From Eledone cirrhosa (lineage: Eukaryota): DNA of 64,000 nt. A program made the translations under genes and the position numbers. The notes beneath the pieces are model-generated. The model saw only the letters and a list, made by a program, of their open reading frames with translations, was not told where the DNA came from and did not search any database. Location of the stretch: NCBI GenBank assembly GCA_964016885.1, contig OZ024740.1, forward strand, positions 126,852,001 through 126,916,000, read 5' to 3'. This document shows positions 56,537-64,000 of this stretch, one piece after another (positions within the stretch are counted from its first letter, which is position 1; each line of letters begins with the position of its first letter).

Positions 56537-57088
56537 CCTATTAAGAAAACCAGATTATTAATGAGATCTATTATTCGAAAATAAAATTCCCCACAGGTAA
56601 AACTTCATTCTAACCACTCTAACACAAAACAATACTTACACAAATTTTATTAGTCCCTTACCTATATATTTAATTATCTAATTTTTACTTTTTTGGTTCC
56701 ATCTATATTCCTCTACTTGTTCTATTTTTAGAACAAATTATTCCTCTTGAACAAAGAAATAACAAATATTTAGGATTGGTCTATACTACTATTCTACTGG
56801 ATATAACACACTGATGTCTACACCCCTTTTCCTCCAACTTAAATCTTCCTTGACAGTCCAGACTTTTCTAAAATTTCTATACAATCTGTCTAAATTTCTT
56901 TACACTCGCAACTTTCTTTTCTTAAAGGTCATTCAATACCTCATCCCCTGACTGCTAATTTATTCATCTACTACTACCAGCTTAATCATCTATATTGCCC
57001 CTTCCCATTTTTTACTACTGCTCAATCTCAACCTCGTTCTTAAATTGTTACTTATTCATACATGTTTTTATATTCTTCAGTAAACAAA

Positions 57089-57231
57089 ACTCATTATTTC
57101 TGAAGACGGCGGGGAGGGAAGACGTATGTATATATTCTTACTTTGATAATTTGTAATATATTTTACATAGATCACTAATGGTATGAACATATGGAGAACT
57201 ACCCCCCAGAAACGATCGTAAAATAAAGAGT
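57089..57231 (+). ncRNA. Hammerhead, long stem II variant, in the plus-strand pseudo-LTR (about 56537-57287) of the 54-57 kb element
   Basis: Stem I ACTCATTATTT/AAATAAAGAGT, CTGAAGA-C-GG-C-GGGG...CCCCCC-A-GAAA-CGATCG-TA. Confidence 0.82.
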
Positions 57232-57283
57232 GTTATTATGAATTACCCCTATTTTGTTTAATATCATTGTTTCCACTATTTGT

Positions 57284-57350
<67 letters not shown>

Positions 57351-57979
57351 TCAATTTGTATCGTCATATAAACATTTCTGCCGGTATTGGAAGTGTGGAA
57401 TATGACAAGCTATTCCGTTTGAAGAAGTAAATTGTGAGACAGTTTGTTTAGTAATTCAGTTTAGAGTGCCACACTTGATCTGATTTACCATTACTTCGCA
57501 ACGATTGAATCTATCAAGAAATCAAAGTATTCTGTTAGATAAATCAATCAGTGCTTTTCATTTACTGTTTCGAAAAGAAGTGGCTCATATGAAATATTTG
57601 TTTCTATCTCTTTTTTCCTTTAATTCTTGTATGAGTAAATTAACTTAAGTGGAGGAAGTACCCCAAGGCTGTATAATTATATTGGAAATATAATTACTTC
57701 ATGCCAATCTGAGTGAATAACTACTGAATGTTAATAATACGATAGACGCGTTAGAAATTCATTTCTTTTCGCAATTCCGCCACAAATCATCATGGATTTA
57801 TAAATATACACATAGAAAGGAACGTGCACACACTACCATGCCTGCACATATACACATAGAAGAGTAATATTTACAGATATAAAAGTATTTCTTTAATTTT
57901 GTATACTTATAAATCCATACATTGTACGTATTTCCAAAATAAATGAATAAATATGTTTGTATGTTTATATGTGTATGTG

Positions 57980-58100
<121 letters not shown>

Positions 58101-58141
58101 CGAAACATAAGTCAATTCCATGAACTCATAATCCTTTATTT

Positions 58142-58195
58142 ACTGCTATATATTTCGATGCTAGCCATTGAATGGCTATGACCTCATCAGGCAGT
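58142..58195 (-). ncRNA. Type I hammerhead (family C)
   Basis: Reverse complement of ACTGC-CTGATGA-GGTCATAGCCATTCAATGGCTAGCATC-GAAA-TATA-TA-GCAGT. Confidence 0.82.
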
Positions 58196-58589
58196 TAGTC
58201 AGTTCTGAGATATGCCAGCTCTGTGTTTATAGTGTTGATGGTATCAGAGCCTTACGACATAAGAGCTTGTTAGGAACAAGTTTATGTTGTCAGCAGGAAT
58301 TGACTTAATTCTCATTGGTCAGTTTGTAGATGCTAGTTGGGTTTCTATTTGACCTCAACGAGGCAGGTGGTGTTGTACAGTTCAAACCATCAGGCAAGAT
58401 GACAATAGTTCCATATGACTGATTTTCACAAAAAACATTCCTGGTCAGATATATATTCAATTTATGTTAATAGTATGAAATAGATACGACAGGTCTTTCT
58501 TAAATTGAGGAATGTATGTGCTACTGAAAATTATGGTTAGAGTAGAATACTAGAAAATTTGAGTTTTTTTTTAGGAAATGAAAAATAAC

Positions 58590-58860
58590 ACATGTGGAAG
58601 TATAAAGAAAAAGAGATGAAGTGGAAAATGCAACTGGAGTCTTATTTCTTTAAAAAGATATATATTTATTTGGTTCCTTTACCGGTTTCTCAGTTCTTCT
58701 GCTTTTCAAAATTAGAGTTGAGATGGAGGGTCTGTGGTTTTTCTCACATCTACTTTTGAAAAGCAGAAGGACTGCGAAACCGGTAAAGGAACTAAATAAA
58801 TATATATATATATATTTTTTTAAATAGGACTCCTGTTGCATTTTCGATTTCATCTTTTAT
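58590..58860. mobile_element. Fold-back pseudo-LTR fragment, family B
   Basis: Homologous to 12117-12462. Confidence 0.75.
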
Positions 58861-58874
58861 ATATATATATATTA

Positions 58875-58964
<90 letters not shown>

Positions 58965-61750
58965 GTCCTGGGTATGACATTAAACTACATCCAGTGGCAA
59001 GGCTCCAGTTCGGGAGTTCAGGAGATGTGGGGAATGTGGAGTTACCCCTTAGTTGTCATGACTCCCAGGTCTGCCCTGGCCCGGGGTGGTAGTATCTGTT
59101 AGGGCTCCATTTATGGGTTAAATAACTACCTTATTCGAGTGGCGCCGGTAAGGTATTGTCAGCCATTGAAAAGAAATATGGAGAGTCGAGCTAACAGCAC
59201 TAGGGTTAGAGCCCCTAATTACACTGTCAAGGAGCAGCCTGGTCGTTATGACTCTGCTGGCTTAGAGCCACAGAGAGGGCCAGTGGATGATGGATCACCT
59301 GTCTCTGAGACAAATATAAAGAATGCAGTTTTGTCCTGCAGAAGAGCCATCAAAATGGGCACTTTGAATGTGAGGACTATTCGAACGCTGGAAAAGAGAG
59401 AGGAGTTGGGACATCTGTTCGAGGAGAGTGGTATACAGATACTTGCGATCCAAGAACACAGGATTCTACACGATGAGCCCGTGAGGAGTGTGATGATCGG
59501 GAGGAAGAGCCAGCTCATCACTACATCGGCAGTGAAGAACACAACAAATGCTGCAGTAGAGGGAGTGGGTTTTGTGTTCAGTGCAAAAACCAATCTGTTG
59601 GTGAGGGAAATAATGCCTATCTCCCCGCGAGAACAATCTATGACTGGAAGATGATAAGCTACAGGAGAGGTTCACAGTGGAAGTGAGAAACAGGTTTAGT
59701 GCTCTGTGTGGAAAGTCAGAGGAGAGAGAGATTTGATGGACTGAGGACAGTGTGACGAGGAGGTACGGGCACTTCACCAATGCAGTGGCGAAAGCAAGTG
59801 AAACCCTGGTGCCGAGGAAAAAGAACAAAGGGAAGCACGTCAGCTCTGCAAACCCAAAAGTGTGTGCAGCCAGAGAACACCTGAAAGCTGCCAGGGACCA
59901 ATTCTATGCTGATCCTACGGAGGAGAGGATGGGGACTGTGGAGGTGATGAGGGAAGAGCTCTGTACCGCTTACACAGAGGTCAGAGAGGAGGCACTGATA
60001 GAGAAGATCAGAAGTGTGGAGAGAGCGGTTGACAGATCTGGATGTAAGGAGAGCTGGATGATCATCAACGAGATCACAGGGAGGAAGAAAAGGTGTTCGA
60101 GTCAGATCCAGGGAACGTGGCCCGAGGATAGGAAGAGGAAATGGCTAGACCATTTTAGGACTCTACTAGGAGAGCCACCCTCCACAGCCCAGAGCACTGG
60201 GGAGATCAGGCGGCTGTTTGAGGAACTGGATGCTGAGACAGAGCCCTTCACCAGAGAGGAGCTTCAGAGAGCCAAGCAGAAGATCAAGGAGGGCAAGGCT
60301 CATGGAGAAGATGGAGTGGCATCAGAGGTGATGAAGAGGTGTGATTTTGATGATATCATCCTGGGGTTCTGTAACGGGGCACTGGAGAAAGGAGTTGCCC
60401 CGAATCAGTGGAGGATCAGTAACATCGTCCCAGTGCCAAAGAAGGGAGATCTCTCTAACACCAACAACTACCGGGGGATCTCACTGACGTCACTTGTGGC
60501 AAAGACCCTCAACAGGATGATTCTTAACAGGATCCAGCCTGAGATGGGGAAGAAGCTCAGGGACAACCAAAACGGCTTCAGAGAGGGTAGATCAACCACC
60601 AGTCACATCCTGATGCTGAGGAGGATATTAGAGGGAGCTAGAGCAAAGTGCCTTCCTGCGGTCATGGTTTTCATTGACTTTAAGAAGGCCTTTGATTCTG
60701 TGGACCGTTACTGCCTGATGAAGATCTTACAGGCTTATGGAATCCCCAAGAGGATAGTGGACCTGATATCACTGCTCTACACCAACACCAAAGCCCAAGT
60801 CATTACACCTGATGGGATGACAGAGTTCTTTGAGATACTGGCTGGAGTGCTCCAGGGAGATACATTGGCTCCCTACCTTTTTATCATCGTAGTGGACTAT
60901 TGTATGCGCCTTGCACTGGAGAAACACCAGGACTCTGGCTTTACTGTAGCACCGGCTCAGAGTTGGGGCGAAAAAGGTATCGGATGCTGAATTTGCCGAC
61001 GACATAGTTTTGGTGACAAATACAGTGAAGGAGGCAGAGGATTTGATGCGGGAGGTTGAGACTGTGTCGATGAGTGTGGGGCTGAGAATGAATGAGACTA
61101 AAACAAAATATCTGGTAGAGAATGTTGAGAAGCCAGAGGGGATCACTAATGTAGGCGAGAAGCCGCTGGAATTGTTTGAGGACTTCCTGTATTTGGGAGC
61201 AAAGATTGGGAATACGGAAGATGATGTGGTTGAGAGGAAGAGCAAGGCCTGGGCGGCGTGTCACAGCTTGAGATTGGTGTGGAAGTCGGACCTTCGTAGA
61301 GACCAGAAAATCCGCCTCTTCATTGCTGTAGTGGAGTCTGTGCTGCTGTATGGGTCTGAGACTTGGACACTGACCAAGAGATTCACTCAGATGGTGGATG
61401 GGTGCTACACGAGAATGCTGTGGATGGCTCTGAACATTAATCAGTATACACTGAGGATGAAAAACTCAGAGCTGTATGGGAGCATCCCAAAAGTCAGCTC
61501 AAAAGTGACACAGAGTAGATTGAGGTTGGCTGGACATGCTCACCGTCATCCAGAGTTGACATTGCACTCAGTGCTCCTTTGGGAGCCCCTACATGGACAC
61601 ACTAGAAGAGGAAGACCAAGGTTAACATATGTTGGTGCCCTAAGGACAGACACTGGTCTGTTGGAGATGCAGGATATGGCAGCGATAATGAGGGACAGAG
61701 ACCGCTGGAGAGAACTCGCCCATGGATCTCGGGAATTTTACCCGCCTTAG
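58965..61750 (+). mobile_element. RTE-like LINE, near full length, with an internal endonuclease deletion and frameshifts, inserted in (TA)n
   Basis: APE start MGTLNVRT...IQEHR...GVGF, RT NYRGISL, IDFKKAFDSV, GVLQGDTLAP, FADD, and C-terminal RRGRPRLTY...DRDRWR. Confidence 0.92.
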
Positions 61751-61770
61751 ATATATATATATACATATAC

Positions 61771-64000
61771 AATGATATTAAATAAATGGAAAATATATTT
61801 ATAAAACATTATTTATTTTTTTATATATATTTCAAAGGTACCAAGACAACATTGGTACGTTTTCATCAGATAATATACAAAGTTTGTTGTATAAATAGAG
61901 ACATACCCATGAAAATCATAACTTATCGGTTGGAAATTCACTGGATAGTGGAAATATATTAGGGATTATTCAAACTTATGTGTGAATATGTAAATGAATA
62001 TGTAAATAATTGAAAAGCAACCGTTTATTTAAACGACACTGGAGAAAGAGAGAGAGAAGATATAGGAGGTGAAAAATAATAAAAAAAATAGTACGAGAGA
62101 GAGAAAGAGAAGAAATAAACAAGAGAAGATGAATAAAACTCATATAACGTTAATTTGGAGGAAATATATTCTAAGTATACATCTTAATAGTACGTGTATT
62201 TACGATTATTAGTTGTTTAAAATTCGTTTATAATATAATATGTTCTGTTATAAATAAATAGATAAATAAATAAATAGATGGGTATATCATGTTATAGATA
62301 ATTGTTTTAATGAGTTATGAGGGATATTCGTTTTTTATTTAATGTAAGTAAATATTAAGTTAAATTAAATAAAATTAATTGAGTTAAAAAGAATATTTAT
62401 ATATACATATTTTAAAATGGGAAGATGCGGAAAAACTCTAGTTTAATTTATTTATTCGTTAGTTTGAGACTATTTAGTCAAAATATATATAAATTTTGAA
62501 AGATATATTTACCCAGAATCCGTTAGTGGTTATAAATCTAATAAAAAGTATTGAAAAAATATAAAAAAATTGAGAAGATTTTTCTTAAATAATTTATAGG
62601 AGATAAGTTAATGTTTAAAGGAAATAAAAATTAAAGAAATACATATAAAGAATTAAAAATTATTAAGATTAAAATTACAATTAAAATTTTAAATTTAATA
62701 TATTAAATTAATATATTAAAACCAAGTGGATAAGATTGTTATGGAAATAAGTAGAAATATTATAAGTATAATTATAATTTATATATAGATCTGAATGTTG
62801 AATGAATTCAGGCGATGTCTACAAGAATTAAATTAATTCGTTCTTAGATTAATAGAGTTCTTACATTTAATTATGAAAAAGAAAAAAAATTCCTCAACAC
62901 TCAATTTGCAGAATCTAGATAAAGCTGTGTTTCGGTACGTGGGTGCTTACGAAACTATTTCCCAAGTTAATGAATAGTCCATATTCTTGCATTTTAAGTT
63001 CCATATCACGTTTGAAAGAGAATTTGAAGATTTTTTATCAAATATTCGGAAAGAGCATTTGTGATTATTCCAGCGACTTTTAAATTCCTTAGAAGTTTCA
63101 CATACAGAGTTAAATATAGTATTACTGGTTTTGACTGTACATTTATAGACCACGTCCTTATCTAAACATTATTTTGTAAAGGACATTTTTGATTTAATTC
63201 TACAGTTACATTTTACGGAGCTATTGTTATTGAGAACGGTACTATTATGTTGGATATTGATCGAGATATTAAAGTTATTCTGGTTAGGGTTTAAATTTAT
63301 ATTATTAATTCTATTTATATTTTGTGCTATGTTCATAATAGTAGAGTAGGATAGTTTTATAGTATGTCTGTTAAAGATTGAGTGGTATCTCTGGGCTTTA
63401 GGAAAACATTTATCTAGTGCTTTAAAGATTAGCTTTGCTAAAGGTATGTTTACGCTTAATGAGAATGGGGGTGAGTACCAAATAATATTTCTAATTCTAG
63501 TTCTTCTGTTAATTTTAGGGTTTAAGTTAATTTTTTTATTATAATTATAATTAATAGAAGGGTTATTTGCCATATTACTGTTGTCGATGTATTTAATCTT
63601 ATTTATATAGCCTGCTCTATTTAAAGCTGCCTTATCGTCAAAAATGTTTTTATTAGCGGATATGCGTGAAATACGTTGTTGGATAGAATTGACAATAGTG
63701 TTCTTGATAGATCTAAGATCATTAAACCTTACATAGTTTAGATTCACATTAATTTTATGGGATGTATAGTAGAGCCCAGTGTTAAGGTTTAATGTTACGT
63801 CTAAAAAAGTTAATAATTTTATTGTTATTCTCTATTTCTAACATAAGGTTGTAGCTATTGAAGAATTGTATTATGGATTTTCTTTTCCTATTAATTTAAC
63901 AATTACTATGATTTTCAATTAAAAGCAGCATATCATCATGTTATAAACCAACGGTCACCTCTGGTATTTTTCTATGCAGTGTATAATAAATAAATAGCCC
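61771..64000 (-). mobile_element. Degenerate PLE family K (RT C-terminus, GIY-YIG, 3' UTR), cut by the window end
   Basis: IIWYSPPF, RYHSIFNRHTIKLSYS, CNCRIKS, VYKCTV...FKSRWNNH. Confidence 0.88.
61815..61876 (-). ncRNA. Hammerhead motif (family K)
   Basis: CTGATGA-AAA-C-GTACCAA...TTGGTAC-C-TTT-GAAA-TATATA-TA. Stem I is weak. Confidence 0.65.

Noticed and set aside
59188-59236. Twister-like string TAACAGC...AGGGTTAGAGCCCCTAA near the RTE 5' end
   Set aside because: The T1 pseudoknot cannot be formed, and the string lies inside the ORF start rather than at the element boundary.

Overview
AT-rich, microsatellite-saturated animal DNA with no recognisable host exon. The tRNA-derived SINEs resemble those of Octopus, so a cephalopod source is inferred but not proven. 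The window is dominated by Penelope-like retroelements (RT followed by a C-terminal GIY-YIG endonuclease) with Hydra-clade signatures (MGSxDS, YRDD, CxCx5C, CxLC, insertion into (TA)n). These comprise a young near-identical ~6.47-kb tandem at 1-11943, older copies at ~20, 46-50, 54-57 and 62-64 kb, and many short inverted (fold-back) pseudo-LTR fragments between TA runs. By eye I find about 20 intact or degenerate type I hammerhead ribozyme motifs from about 12 families. Several form an unusual variant with a 90-116-nt stem II closed by a conserved C-A mismatch and a palindromic stem III, supported by covariation between families. The most striking element is a non-coding 630-bp unit at 41578-42298 with one canonical hammerhead and identical 91-bp terminal direct repeats, the footprint expected of a circular-RNA-derived retrozyme. 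Also present: a degenerate CsRn1-like Gypsy element with both LTRs and a TSD, RTE LINEs, a mariner remnant and SINEs. All RNA structures are manual predictions.
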